64,000 bases of DNA, from NCBI GenBank assembly GCA_028534125.1, contig CM052816.1, positions 79,920,001-79,984,000 of the forward strand, given 5' to 3'. Shown one piece after another: positions 25,156-37,805 of the stretch (position 1 is its first letter; every line of letters begins with the position of its first letter). The notes beneath the pieces are model-generated. The model did not search any database. It worked only from the letters and a program-made list of their open reading frames with translations, and had not been told where the DNA came from. The DNA is from Lama glama. Taxonomy: Eukaryota. Position numbers and translations under genes: made by a program.

Positions 25156-26199
25156 CTAGAAAGAGACAATCGGACATTGTTCAAGAGTTTAGGAGACCTT
25201 GAAAAAACAAAACCAACAAACTCAGAAAGCTGCGGCCAAAAGCGACCAAAGCAATCCCTTCCACCAACCAGTATAGGAAGCCTTTAAAATTGTCGTGGAC
25301 TCAGTGGGTGTGCAATTTGGAACGCCTGTCAATCTTCTTAGGGGGAAAAAAAATCTACCTATTTCATACCTTGGTATGTAAACTCTCAAAGAAAATTCAT
25401 GTAAAAAGTAGTTATTATACTTCAAAATGTGTTTTACAACTATATGCACACATGTAAGTGCGGATTTATTCACACAGTCAATAGTGCAAGGAACTATATG
25501 AAACTATATGAAATGTAGACAGTTACTGTCTCTGAGTGGTGGGATTATAGGCCATTTTTCTTTATAGTAGCTTTTCCAGAGTTCTCTGTATCTTCCAGCT
25601 CTTCTACTGTGACCAAATATTTATTAATTTAAAATTCAAAATGTACTCTTTTACAGAGTGTTACTGATGACCTAGTGTTGTGTAACCCCTGGGGAATTCA
25701 ATTATTTAGCTGTCTGTGTACCAAGGAGGTGAACAGGGTGACGGCACCAGTCTCAAATGGTTCCTCAGCACAGCTGTTAATGCTGTGATTTCTCCTTGTT
25801 GAGCTGTTAGTCCAGTTCCTCTCAGTGACTGTTTCAAGGATCTCAGCTCTTAAACTCTTCTAAAAAGAGGCCTTGCTTCCTACTTCATGATGCAAATTGA
25901 GACTCATACGGACCACTTGAAAAATTGATAAAAGTTCAGCAATACTCATTCACACCTCCTTCCCATCAGTGTCAGAATATGAAGTGTCTCCCCCATTCTA
26001 GGACAGCCTTTGGAACCTCTGTCTTTGAAGTTCATGCCATTAGAAGGTACGCTTGGGAGCTCTCAATCTGTGCTTGAGTTTCCTCCACCCTTTTGGTGAC
26101 CTCCACGCCATCATTTATAACTGTGTCTCCTGATCACTGTCTTCTCTGCCATTCCCGCTTCTGTCATCACTTGGTTGATTCCAGTCTCCACATGGATGA

Positions 26200-26830
26200 G
26201 TCACTGACCAACCTGGCCTCAGTCCTTCAACCTCAGCTTCTTGACTTATTCCTCCTCCTTCCAGCCACTCGCTCTTATTGTCATAGCCCTGCCTCAGTCA
26301 TCACCTCTGAAATCTTATCTGAAAGCAGCCCACTCCCTCACCACCACCTCCTATCTTTCCAGTAAACAGACTTGAGGCTTCCCCTGCCTCCTTCTGTGAC
26401 CCTTCAGCCCCATCAGATACCCCAGCTCCTTAGTCACTTCTCCAGCAGTCAGCCCACTGCAGTCCACATCCCACCCCACACTCCACTGGAGCTGTGCTAG
26501 CCAAGGATAGCAGGAGCCATCAAAATGCCACATCTCAGTCCTTGCTGCCTCCTGCTTATCTCTTAGAGATTCAGCACAACCATCGCTTCCTGCAGGAAGC
26601 CCTCTGAGATTCACCCAGACTGGGTAAGCACATTGCCTCTCTACGCCCACAGCATGATAGTCATCTATCAGTGGACGCTTACTACACTGAGTCCATGGTA
26701 AGCCATTCTACTAAGTGTAAATTATGTGAGGACAGGGACTGTGTCTCATTCATTTTGCATCATCAGCACCTTGTACATCACTGATGCACAGGAGCTCATT
26801 AAACATATGTTGAATAACTGTAAGAATGAC
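26200..26830 (+). mobile_element. L2 fragment
   Basis: gcaggaagccctctg...tgtgaggacagggactgtgtctc...aacatatgttgaataactg. Confidence 0.6.
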
Positions 26831-27165
26831 TGTATAAACCATTAGTACTTTATCTCCAAGTCTGTGATGACCACTTTATCAGAAAAATGACCTGAAAAAC
26901 ACAGTCAAAAACATCTTCTCCTTCCTTGATTATTCCTCCACTGCTATAGCTGGGAACACACAGAAAGCTGGCTTTGTACTTTGCGGCCAGCTGGAGGAAG
27001 GACTGTAGAAACCTGAATTCACCAGTGTCGAATCTGCACGGAAGAAACCACAAAGTCCAGGTCCTGTTTATACATGGAAGCTAGACACAGTCCAGGACAG
27101 ATTGACCCTTGACTTCACGTGGAAAATGTAATCACACCCTTGTCAACTAAAACCTTAACGGATAT

Positions 27166-27652
27166 TGTGGTGGCCAAAAATGGCCCTCCAAAGATGCCCA
27201 CATCTGAATCCTTAGAACCTGGGAATGTTATCTCTAAGGCAAAGGGGACCTTCCAGACTAAGTTAAGGATCTTGAGCAGGAAAGAAAGATTATCTTGATT
27301 ATCTGGGTAGACCTTAAATATAAACACCAGGGTCCTATAAAAGGGAGGCAAGAAGGTCAAAGGTGGGAGGAGACGGGAGGACAGAACCAGAGGCTGGAGT
27401 GACGTGCTTTGGAGATGGAGGAAGGGGTCACGAGCCAAGGAATTCAGGTGGTCTCTAAAAACTAGAAAAGACAAGGAAATGGATTCTTCCCTAGACCCTT
27501 GAGAAGGAAGCAGCCCTGCTGACACCTCGACTTTAGTCTTGTGAAACTGATTTCTTCAGACTTATGATCTCCTGAACTGTAGATAATAAATTCGTGTTGC
27601 TTAAAACCAAGTTTGTGGTGCTGTATTATGAAAGCCGTTGGAAACGCATACA
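27166..27652 (+). mobile_element. MLT1 (MLT1D-like) solo LTR
   Basis: TG...CA termini, 5-bp TSD gatat/gacat, diagnostic ggattcttccctaga...cagccctgctgacacct. Confidence 0.85.
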
Positions 27653-28084
27653 GACATGCAATATGGCTTTTCTGGGTGAAATCACGAGAGGGGCCAAGGA
27701 ACAGCTTCCGACGTGTAGATACACAACTCCCAGAGACCCTGGCCCCAAATAAGAGACAGCTCTTGCCACAGTCAGAGACTGCAGACGAATGGAGGAAGGG
27801 TAAGAAGTGAGTGGATGAGCAAACAAGAACAAAGGCCTCCGCCCACTGTCCCGTGGACTCCTCCCTTCCCAGCGCTACGTCTAACCCATCTCCTTGCAGG
27901 TAGTGACGGGAATTCCACCAGCTCCCTCTCTGGGCTTCACCCAAGATGTCTTTAGTCAAGCGCTCGCTGAGGTTCCCCCAGCCTGGGCGGCTTTTTGCTC
28001 GCGCCAACCTGCCCCAGCAGCGGGGCTGGGGCGCGAGCTGCCCGGCCCCCACCCCAGCCGGGCGGCGGGAACTCGCCCACTCAC

Positions 28085-28234
28085 AGCCAGCTGGTTCTGC
28101 AGCTGTTTGACCTGCTGCTGCAGCGCGTCCAGCTGCTGGCTCTGCCGCTTGGACGAGCTGGCGGAGTAGGAGAGCTGCGAGAGGCTGTTCAGGGCCTCCT
28201 TCAACTTGGTGACTTCCTTCGACATCTCGTTTAT
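28085..28234 (-). CDS. RAI14: RAI14 exon 16 (150 nt) [50 protein letters not shown]
   Basis: cactag acceptor, GCT|gtgagt donor. Confidence 0.96.
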
Positions 28235-29428
28235 CTAGTGAGAAAGGAAACGTCTATCAATAGGTTGGAACGTCCCTGAAGAAGCAGAACTCCCAGCCAT
28301 CTCTCAACCTGGAAGGCAGCCTCTACTGGCCTCCGGGACTCGAGACTTTGAAGCAATCCCTTGTTTATTTTAAAAAGAAAACCCATAAAATGAAACAGAT
28401 AAAAAACAGATAAAATCAGGCAAGCGAACAAAGCCCTCTAAGGCCATTACATGCAAACAAGAGCCCCTGAATTATAGACTGTGTTTAGGGGCATGAAGGT
28501 AACAAAAGCTGTGACGTTGACTTCCTTCTTTTACCCTTAAAAGGGGTACTGTCAAAAAAATAAATCAGAAACAGGATTTTGGGTTTTCTTTGTTTGGAGA
28601 CAGCCATGCCTTGTTCAATGTTGCTGACATGGGTAACCAGGAATACATTGGAGGAGCCATGGTATCTCCGACATCTTGCTCTGTAGTGAAGGCAGTACCC
28701 TACCCTACCCCTACCCACTCTTGACCCCTGCCCCCCTGGCTTTAGAAGCTTGTTTGAAATATTCATTATAATAAAGGAATAAAAGATAAACAGTGCTCTA
28801 ATGAATGCCATTCAGAACATCTGATCCAGAGGACCAGGGGTGCAGAGCAGATCCAGGTACGGGACCATCCTCCCCTCCCTTTCCTTTCCTCCTCCCTCCA
28901 TGCCCCACCCCCAACATTCCTCTTTTCCTCTCCCACACACCTTTGAAAATGAGGGCCAGGGAGGGTTTTTATATGGACTCAGGGGAAAGCTTATGGAGTT
29001 GAGGAAATCTGTATCAAGTCTGGGAGTGCTGAGGTCTCCACATGACAGACGCATCTGTCTGCATTCCAAAAGAGCTCAAGTTTGAGATGGGTCACAAAGG
29101 CTTCTCAGTTGGTGGGCTCACTCCTGATCCCTGACCCTTGGCAGAGCTTCTGTAAAATTACTTTTAAAGGGAAAATGTGTACCACACATGTGAAAATGCT
29201 TCAGTATGAGGGAAGTGGTAGAAGATCAGTGTCTTTTTTTAAAAAATAAATGTCCAACCTTCTATTCTCAGTGTGCCCTTGGGGACAGATGGAGTCATGT
29301 GTGGAGCCTCTGAGCATTCCCAATAGGTTAGAGTTAACAAATGCTAAAAATGTTAATGATAGTAAATAAAAGTTGACGGCCTTAGGGTTTACTAGCTTGA
29401 AATCCATCAGCAACAGAGTCTCACCAAC

Positions 29429-30952
29429 CTTCTTGTCTTTATCCTCCTCCAGTTTCGAAGAGCTCTCGGAGTATCTCTTCATTTCCGCGAGCTCTTCCTG
29501 AGCGTGCTGGAATTTTTGCAGGAGTTCATTTACTTCTTGCTCTTTGGATTTCAAGACAGTCTGAACGTTTTCCTTTTCCCTTTTCATCTGTGAGACCTCA
29601 CTTCTAATCTGGGCCATCTCTGAATGGGCCTTCTCTTTCTCTTTTACGGAATCCTTTAACTTTGAAGCCAGCACACTCACTTCGCTTTCCAAAGACGACT
29701 GGAGCTTCTCATATGCAGACCTGGGCACCATCGCATCGGTCACGGCCGCCTTCTCTGCTAGGAGTTGTTTCTCCAGTTTGGCCACTTCCCCCTCCTTGCT
29801 TGCGAGGTGCTCTTTAAGACTGCTCATTTTCTCCTCCATCTCTTTGGCAGTGGTCCGCAGCGTGGTTATCACTTGCAAATGTTCTGAGATGGAGACAGAG
29901 TTCTCTTTCTGCGCATCCACCGACTGTTTGAGCTGGGTCAGCTCGCTCAGCACCTTGGCGTACTGCGACTTCATCTCAGACAGCGCCTCTTCTGCCTTAG
30001 CTCTGGATATATCCGTCACCTGCATCAGCTTCTCATGCTCTGCCTTGTGGATATATTCAGCTGTCACGTCTTCCAGAGATTTCCTCTTGCGGTAGTCCTC
30101 CAGCTCGGCCTGGGCTTCTTTGTACAGCTGGGACAGCTCACTCACCTGCTTGTTGAGTTCATCTATCATCCTGTTCATGGCCTCTTTCATGTCCTCAGCT
30201 TCGTCGCCGGCTTCCTGGGTCATCTGACTCTTGAGGGTATCCTTTAATTTCATGATTTCTTCTTGGGCCTCTTGGTATTTCTCAAACAAAAATGCCTTCT
30301 CCTTATTCATGTTCTCAATAACAGAGCAGTACGAGCTTTTCATCTCCTCGTACTCTTCCACGGGTGGCTTAAGAACCACACTTCTCTCCCTCTCCACAAG
30401 CTTTTCCTCTAACTCTCGCACTTTCTCCTTATTTCGTTCACTTTCTTCCAAGGCATCCTGGAGTTCCCGCCTTAGCACATCCATTTCCTCCTCAGTGACC
30501 CTTAGCTCACGGAGATGTGAGTAAGTATCCATGCTTTCCGGTGAGACCAGGCCCAGTTTCATCTGCTTCTGCACACTCAGGACTTCTTTCATAGCTTCCT
30601 CGTACTTGCTCTGCGTTTCTTTAAGTTTCTGGCTGAGGTCGGAGCCGTTCTCTGAAATCTCCGCGCTGTTTAAGCACACGGACTCCATCCTTCTGGCCTG
30701 GAGCTGTTTCCTTTCTGCTTCGGAGCTCTCCAGTCTCTTCTGCAAGTCCTGTACAACCTCCTGCAGCTGCTGGATTCTGACATCGCTGTCGATAGGAGAT
30801 TTACTCAGGGAATGTGTAAGAACAGATGGAGATGATCTGGCGTCTGGGGGAGAGGTCTCACTAGGTTTGCCTGGGGATGGGGCCAAGTCTGTTTGAGTGG
30901 AATGGTAAGAGTCAAAGCTCAGGTCTGCTTCTGCCTCCTTGGGTGTTCTGGC
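29429..30952 (-). CDS. RAI14: RAI14 exon 15 (1524 nt), large coiled-coil exon
   Basis: tcccctag acceptor, AAG|gttggt donor; explains the 561-aa ORF at 29201-30886, whose last ~75 aa are intron read-through. Confidence 0.97.
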
Positions 30953-31634
30953 CTAGGGGAAAGGCAAGAATGAAATGGCACCAAAAGTGTGGTTAGGTGA
31001 GCCAGCAACTGGACTGAGAGAACAATCCACACGTTACATACAGGAGAGCAGACGAATCTCTCTGCATGTGTCCTCCTGCCCCATGAAAAAATATGGTCTG
31101 GGACATGGGAGTCGCATTAAAGACACTAAGCTTATTCTGTGCTCTATTAGGGCAGATTATGTGAGCCTCTTTAAAAACACGAGATTTGTTTTGGCAGTAA
31201 AGCCTCTGACTCAAATTGTTCCTTTGTTTCTCATATTATTGTAGCTGCCAAGAGGGACAATGGGCTTTAGAACAGCAACTCCTTATCAAGTTCTTAAATC
31301 TGCTGAATGAACAACTTTACTGAATGAGTGACTAATCATATGTGTGTGTCATATTATACATATATTACTATGTATATTATATATTTACCAATTTAATTTT
31401 TATTTTAATTTTTAATTTATATAATTTACCAATTTGCCATTCTACAGAAATAGAGTTAATGAATAACTCAAGAGACAAATGATTTGAATCTATAAAATGC
31501 TTAAGGCTGATTATATTTTAAAAAGAAGAAGAAACTAATGTAGAGGTTTAAAACAAAATGCCACCTGGCTAACCCTGAAAAACCCAATAGCTTGACTCTA
31601 CAGATTAGATGGTGGTAGCAACCTATTTACCTAC

Positions 31635-31753
31635 CTGTAATTTATCTTGTAATTCCTTATTGTGTAAGGTAAGAGAAGCAACTTTTGCTTGCAGTAGGGC
31701 AAGAAGATCTTGCTGGTCAGCTTCAGAACTTATGTCCAATAAGCTATCGGCAC
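31635..31753 (-). CDS. RAI14: RAI14 exon 14 (119 nt) [40 protein letters not shown]
   Basis: cttaccaag acceptor, CAG|gtaggt donor. Confidence 0.95.
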
Positions 31754-32049
31754 CTTGGTAAGGAGAGGCAATTTAAATTATTTTAAAAATTAAGCTGTTA
31801 ATTCTCTGACCTCTAACAAACTCACTTTCTACCCAATCCAGTTCTTCTTCCTAATTGGGACTATGAATGAAAGCACCCCCCCCCCAGCGGGACAGATGAC
31901 CAGCAATTCTCAAGCACCGGGCTCTCCTTATTGGGGCATCCCAAGCACAATACTAGATGCCTGGATACAAATAAGCTCAACTGAAAACTGACGGACTTGG
32001 ATACACATTTTCCATTCACTTAAATTAAGTGTCATAAAAACCTTGGCTG

Positions 32050-32620
32050 GTTTTTGTTCCTCCCATGCCTACTATATCCCATCATATGAATCCCTTTAGA
32101 AATATCTCTGGAATCTGGTTCACTTCTTACCCCCACCTCCATCACTCTAGTTCAAACTTTATCGCCATACTTGGTAACTCTGCAAACAGCCTTCAAATAA
32201 ATCTCTCTTTCTCTCCTCTAGTGAAAATGTAGCCTGTACAATGCTGTCAGATTAATCTTCCTAAAACACACTTTGATAGGGTCATTCCTTTGGTTCAAGT
32301 GCTTTAATTGCTCTTCCTCCAAAAATCTCCAAATTCCTTTATCTGGAGTAGTAGGGTCCCTATGGTCTGGTTCCAATCCACTTTTTTTCCACCCAGGTTT
32401 ATAACTCATGACTTCTTTCTCTAGAATTCCATTTTCATCAGATTCAAGATTTCCATGACACCCTCTATATTCTCAACACAGGGCTGCTGCTTTAATTCTT
32501 TATCCATACAACTGCTCTCGTTGCATCTCTGTGGCTAGATAATTCTTAAGCATTCTTCAAGACCGATGTCAAACTCTGCCTCTTCCTTAAAGCACTCGCT
32601 GACCATCCTGGCATGAAATA
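32050..32620 (+). mobile_element. L2 fragment
   Basis: aatatctctggaatc...aatcttcctaaaacac...cattcttcaagac. Confidence 0.55.
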
Positions 32621-33323
32621 GCCTTTTCTCAATCCCACAGTAAACACTATTGGTAAACCACAATTGTTTGACATTCTACTGATTATCATGCTACAATAAC
32701 ATCTAAAGCTACGCTACTCAAAGTTCTCACTGAGACGAGACAAGAAACTTGTTCCTGGATGTAATTTAAAGTATTGCTTCCTTCATCCAGAAAGTTTTTC
32801 TATAAGAAAAAACAATGTCAGATGGACAAAACAGTGTACTTGACTGGATGACTTTCTGGTGCAAACTCCTTACCTACTGCAGACTGCCAGTAGTTCAGAG
32901 ACCACACTCTGAATAGCACTGAGGCAAATTTTTACTGTTATTTAAAAATTTTTCCTCACAGCCATTTACTGCAAAGGTGAAAACTTTAATCTTAATTTGC
33001 AAGGATGCAAAATGATATTTCTTCATAGAAATGCTTACTTCTGAAGTCTGGTCTGGTCAGCTTGGAATGAACCAGGGGATTGGAAGCACGAGGACAATTC
33101 TAAAGCAATAAAAATGACTTCTAAGACACAATGGATGGCTTTTAAAGTATCCAATGTAACAACTGTCAATTATCTCAATCAACATTGTTCCCTGCCAGGA
33201 CTATATCTTAATATTTTAAAATTTTGTAAGGTGAGGGCTCCAAACATACATGAAATGATTAACAGACTAAGAACTGAATGCTGGAGCAACAAAGGGGCCT
33301 TTGAAATCATCTACTCTACATTT

Positions 33324-33453
33324 GGAGGAGGTGGAGATGATTAGGTTTATTTTTTTTTAATTAAAAAAAATTTTTTTAATGGAGGTAGTGGGGATTGAAC
33401 CCAGGACCTCATGCATGCTAAGCACACACTCTACCACTGAGCTGTACCCTTTC
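33324..33453 (-). mobile_element. tRNA-Ala-derived SINE (vic-1 type)
   Basis: reverse-complement tRNA-Ala head; perfect 13-bp TSD ctactctacattt at 33311-33323 and 33454-33466. Confidence 0.92.
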
Positions 33454-34249
33454 CTACTCTACATTTTAAATTGATTCTGAAGATACTCTACTATATTCTT
33501 AGAGGGCAAAGGCAACAGGATGGACTCCCTACAACAAATTAAACCCTGTCTTGGTGAAGAAAACGTGATCACATGTGATGTCATTAACACTCTTTGCATG
33601 TGTCTTTAAAATCCAAAGCAGGAAAGTTCTATTGTGGCAGCCACAGAAGGGCTCATTTGGCTCTCCCTCCAGGAAATAGCCAGCTGCTCAGCTGCAAGGA
33701 GGGCCGCTAATCCATATCCAAGATTGCAGTCTAAGGACCTCATCTCAAAACAATGTTTTAAAATGCATAAAATAGAATGTAGAGGCTACAGTCACTACAG
33801 AGCTTACTTTGTAACATGCCAAATAACAGGATCTGGCAGCAGCTCTAATAACTGCCATAATTTCTAGCAGAGATGCTCTAAATGATATTTCAAGATATCT
33901 GTAATAACAGTAAGGGGGTATGAGATCATCTGTGAATCCTCTTGGTGTCAAAACCACTGGTCTGCTAATACCACTGGGGCTAATTGCCTATATTCATAAC
34001 TGGAGGAAGTGTTAACATTTAGTTAGGGACAGACGGAAACAGATATATTTTCACATCCAAGCTCAGGGACCCCTTAATCCAGGTGAAAGGCCCCTGAAGG
34101 AGAGAGTGCATCAGCCTATGCAGTACTGGTGGCGTTAGAGGGGCACACCAGGGTTCTACAACCCCCTCTACCCAGGGTAGCCCCACGTGACCTCTGCTCT
34201 CTTAAAGGGACATGAGAGGGAGATAAAAACAGGTGCCCCTTCATCTTAC

Positions 34250-34304
34250 CCGTAGTACTGTCACTTAGTCTGTCTTTGTTCTCCCGTATAGAACTGATCT
34301 CAGC
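34250..34304 (-). CDS. RAI14: RAI14 exon 13 (55 nt) AEISSIRENKDRLSDSTT
   Basis: ttccaacag acceptor, CGG|gtaaga donor. Confidence 0.96.
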
Positions 34305-35129
34305 CTGTTGGAACACAAAAATGACTTCAAAGAATATTCCCAAATGTAAAGAATCAAGCAAGTTTTCCTCCTTGTATGTACACAGAACAGAGTTGCTGTT
34401 ATCTTATTAGAAAACCAGAAAATCTCAAGGAAAGAAGATATTTGAAAACATAAGTGACAATTATCTCCTGAGGTATAATTTTTAAATCACTTAGAGGTTC
34501 CAGAGGGTATATTTGCAAAATATTTTCCAGAAATTTCTCTTAGTAAGTATAGTACAAGTATCTTTTAAGATTATAATAATTTTACATAATAGCTAATTTA
34601 GTGGGCTATATGCTCAACTTGAGATGATAAATGCTACTTTCATAATAAAGGCAAATAGAAGTTTTACCTATCTGGGTAATACACTGATTAAAGTACACGG
34701 ATTAAAATACTTCTTAGCGTTATCATTTTATAAATTAACTTCTATTAATATATTGTTATTAATATTTCTAAGAGAAATGGTAGTAAATAAGACCTGTCAG
34801 GGAAGATAAAGTTAATTTTATAAAGGAATAAAAATTCTTATGGCCATATATTGACACTCTCCTTAAAGATTTATCTCTCAGCCTGCATCCCTGAATATGA
34901 TGAAAAAAATTCTTATAACTTCAAAGCCAGAATCTCATTCCAAAACAAAATACAGTCACTTGCCAGAAATTACTATGTTTCACCTAGATAGGCCACAAAC
35001 CATGGTAAGAGAGATTATTTTTCAGCAAAGGAACCTTTGTAAAGGCCCAAATACTAAAACTGGAGTGCCTCATTTTTGGCAAGTGCTTATCTTTACAAAA
35101 GCTGTACTTTCACTTAAAAATATATGCTT

Positions 35130-35820
35130 ATTTTTATTTTTCAACTCTGTTAAGGTACAATACACTACATTCAATGAAAGGTTACAATTTGAAGAGCTTT
35201 GACAGATACACACCCACGGAACCACCACTATAATCAAGGTACGAAATATTCCCATTACCTCTTAAAGTTTCCTTATGCCTCACCACAGCCAATCCCTGCT
35301 CACCCCATTCCCAGGCAACCACTACTCTTCTTTCAGCATTTTGCAGCATTCTTATAAATGGAATGTCATAAGGGATGAATTTCTTTGAGTCTGGCTTCTT
35401 TCATTCAGCATGATGGATTTCAGATTGCTCTATAATGCTGCTTGGACAGCACTTCATTCTTTTTTATGGCTGAGTAATATTCCATTATAGCCATCTCATT
35501 ACCTTTATCCATTCACTTGTTGGAGGACATCTGGATTGTTTCTAGTTTGGGAATATTTGAATAAAGCTGCTATAAACATTTGTGTATAAAATATTTTGAG
35601 ACATATTTTAATTTAATCTTGGGTAAACATCAGTGAATGTAGGGCTAGATCATATGTCAGGTGTGTGTTGAACTTTTAAAGAAACTGTCAGACTGTTTTC
35701 CAAAGTAGTTATACCATTTTACATCCTCCCAATGGGGTATGAAAGTTCTAGTTCTTCCACATCACAGCCAACAATTGGTATTTTTAATCTTTTTAAATGT
35801 TAGCCATTCTAAATGGTGTC
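35130..35820 (-). mobile_element. Ancient L1 (L1MB/ME-like) 3' end
   Basis: cccaggcaaccact...tggcttctttcattcagcatg...gaaactgtcagactgttttccaaagtagttatacc. Confidence 0.8.
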
Positions 35821-36711
35821 CTTTTAATCTTTTTATGATTTTTTTGAAAGAAATAAAAGTCTATTTACACTGTTTCTGAAAAACATTAATTTGTGCTATT
35901 ACTCTTTGAAATGCATTGCCTCCTTTGAGCCATAACTGTATTAGAAGATACTAGGGTGCTAATTATAAGAGCATAACTTCCTTTCCCTGCCTTGTTTAGG
36001 TATTTATTAATAAAATCTCATTAGAGCAAGGAAAATGATAGATTGATAGAATCTTTTTCAGATTAATGTGCATCCAAGTTAAAAGAAAATTTATTTTTAG
36101 TAATTCTTAGATGAGGAAAAAAATATACAATTATACCACTGAAATTTCATTTTAACAATTAGAAATTTTACTTTCTTTCCAAGTACAATTTCCTAGTGAT
36201 TATTACGTAAACAGATATTCAATTGAAATAGCCTTCCATTCCTTAAAATACTTTCCAACCACAAACTTAAAGAATCAGATGGAATAAGGCCCAAAGGATT
36301 TCTTTTTTAATTTCTAAAATAAATACATATTTTATGGTGAGGAAAAAGTTTAATTAAAAATACACAATTACTTCTCAGTACAACATCAGAGAAAAACCAA
36401 CATTTCTTTCAATTTGCTTGGTACTACATCAACTCAATTTGGCAAGATGCTTGACTGGTTATTAGGTAAGTTCTTATCCTTGTCCCTTTTTTCAAATGAA
36501 TAAAATTAAATATTAGTGACTGTAATTTATTCACTCTACTCTTTTAGTATGGAGTCTATGCTAGCAAAAGTAATCAAAGGGTGTTTCATGATGAAAGAGC
36601 TGTGAACCAATCACTAAGAAGTATTTTCTATTTGCCTAGTGTTATCTAACTGAATCAAATCTATTATGTATCTTAAAATTCAACAGTAAGTTAGAAACAG
36701 AAAGGAAATAC

Positions 36712-36798
36712 CTTGAACGGTGCTTCAGAAAAAAATACTGATTCTTTTCCCGAAAGAGGTGTTGAAGTTATTGATCTTGGGGAAGACACATCACTCGA
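36712..36798 (-). CDS. RAI14: RAI14 exon 12 (87 nt, phase 0-0) [29 protein letters not shown]
   Basis: tttttag acceptor, AAG|gtattt donor. Confidence 0.95.
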
Positions 36799-37718
36799 CT
36801 AAAAAAACAAAGTGAAACCCATAAATAAAGAATTCTTTTTCAAAGTCTAATATTTTCTGGTGCCAAAGAATTAGCCTATTTAACCCATGCAAAGAAATCT
36901 AACAGTGATTATCCTTCGTTTCAACTAAAATTCAAGGGTAACATATTTTCAGTGTAATTCAGCTACTTCAAATACTTCTTGAAAGTTTGCAGAGTACTAT
37001 TAACTAAGGAACTTGACTCCTATATTCACTGGAATTAACTTAAAAGATCTATAAAACTTCTATTGCAGATTGAGAGTATTATTAATGAATATGCTAACAT
37101 ATTTATTAACATTGCTTACTGGATGAGATATTCCTCTCAAATATTTGGTATGGATTATTCTTTTTAAGGCCTATCATTCTTTTAATAGCAAACCCTGGCT
37201 TATTTTTATTTAACATTTCACGTCTGTTTAGTAATCACTATAAGCTCAGAAATGAAAGCTGCTTTTAACATTGGTCAACCTTAAATATAATTAGAAAGGC
37301 AAATATACTTTAACAATGTTTAATAAACCAACTAAAATTCATTTTCAACTCATGCCTCACCAGCTACGCATTCTATCCCCGCTTTGGTGTAGAGCTGTTA
37401 ATGTGAGCTCTAAAAATAGACGAGCTTATTATCTTAAGGAAAAAGTTTCTGTCAGATTTTGAGAATTTTCTTTGAGGCTTTTAAAAAAGATATTATTTAA
37501 TTTTTTAGTTTTGAAATATGTATGAATCAACATTATTTCCATACCATTAATCAAAATTCTTCATACCACTATTTGTAATTTAAATCCACTAAAGAAAATT
37601 TTAAATATGCATTTAAGGGTCAATTTTAAAATAGTTCTTTTTGGCCTAAACACAAAATGACAAAATTACAGCTTTGCTGTTATGTGTTTGTTCATTGTTG
37701 GTTTGCTTTTATTTTTAC

Positions 37719-37805
37719 CTGGGTAGGACTGATAGGAGGTGGTGGAGCTTTGCGTTTTTTTGGAGTTCCACTTCTCTCTGAGCTTATTTTAGAGACTTGA
37801 TCATG
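37719..37805 (-). CDS. RAI14: RAI14 exon 11 (87 nt, phase 0-0) [29 protein letters not shown], contains NLS
   Basis: ctttcag acceptor, CAG|gtaaaa donor. Confidence 0.96.

Noticed and set aside
27115..28052. 136-aa and 196-aa minus-strand ORFs
   Set aside because: They run through an MLT1 LTR and GC-rich intron; no protein-like features.
29778..30896. Plus-strand ORFs of 70-121 aa overlapping exon 15
   Set aside because: Ser/Leu/Phe-rich antisense shadows of Glu/Lys/Gln coiled-coil codons.
19787..33453. Four tRNA-Ala genes
   Set aside because: They share a non-tRNA tail, have TSDs or A-rich ends and carry stem mismatches, so they are SINE copies.
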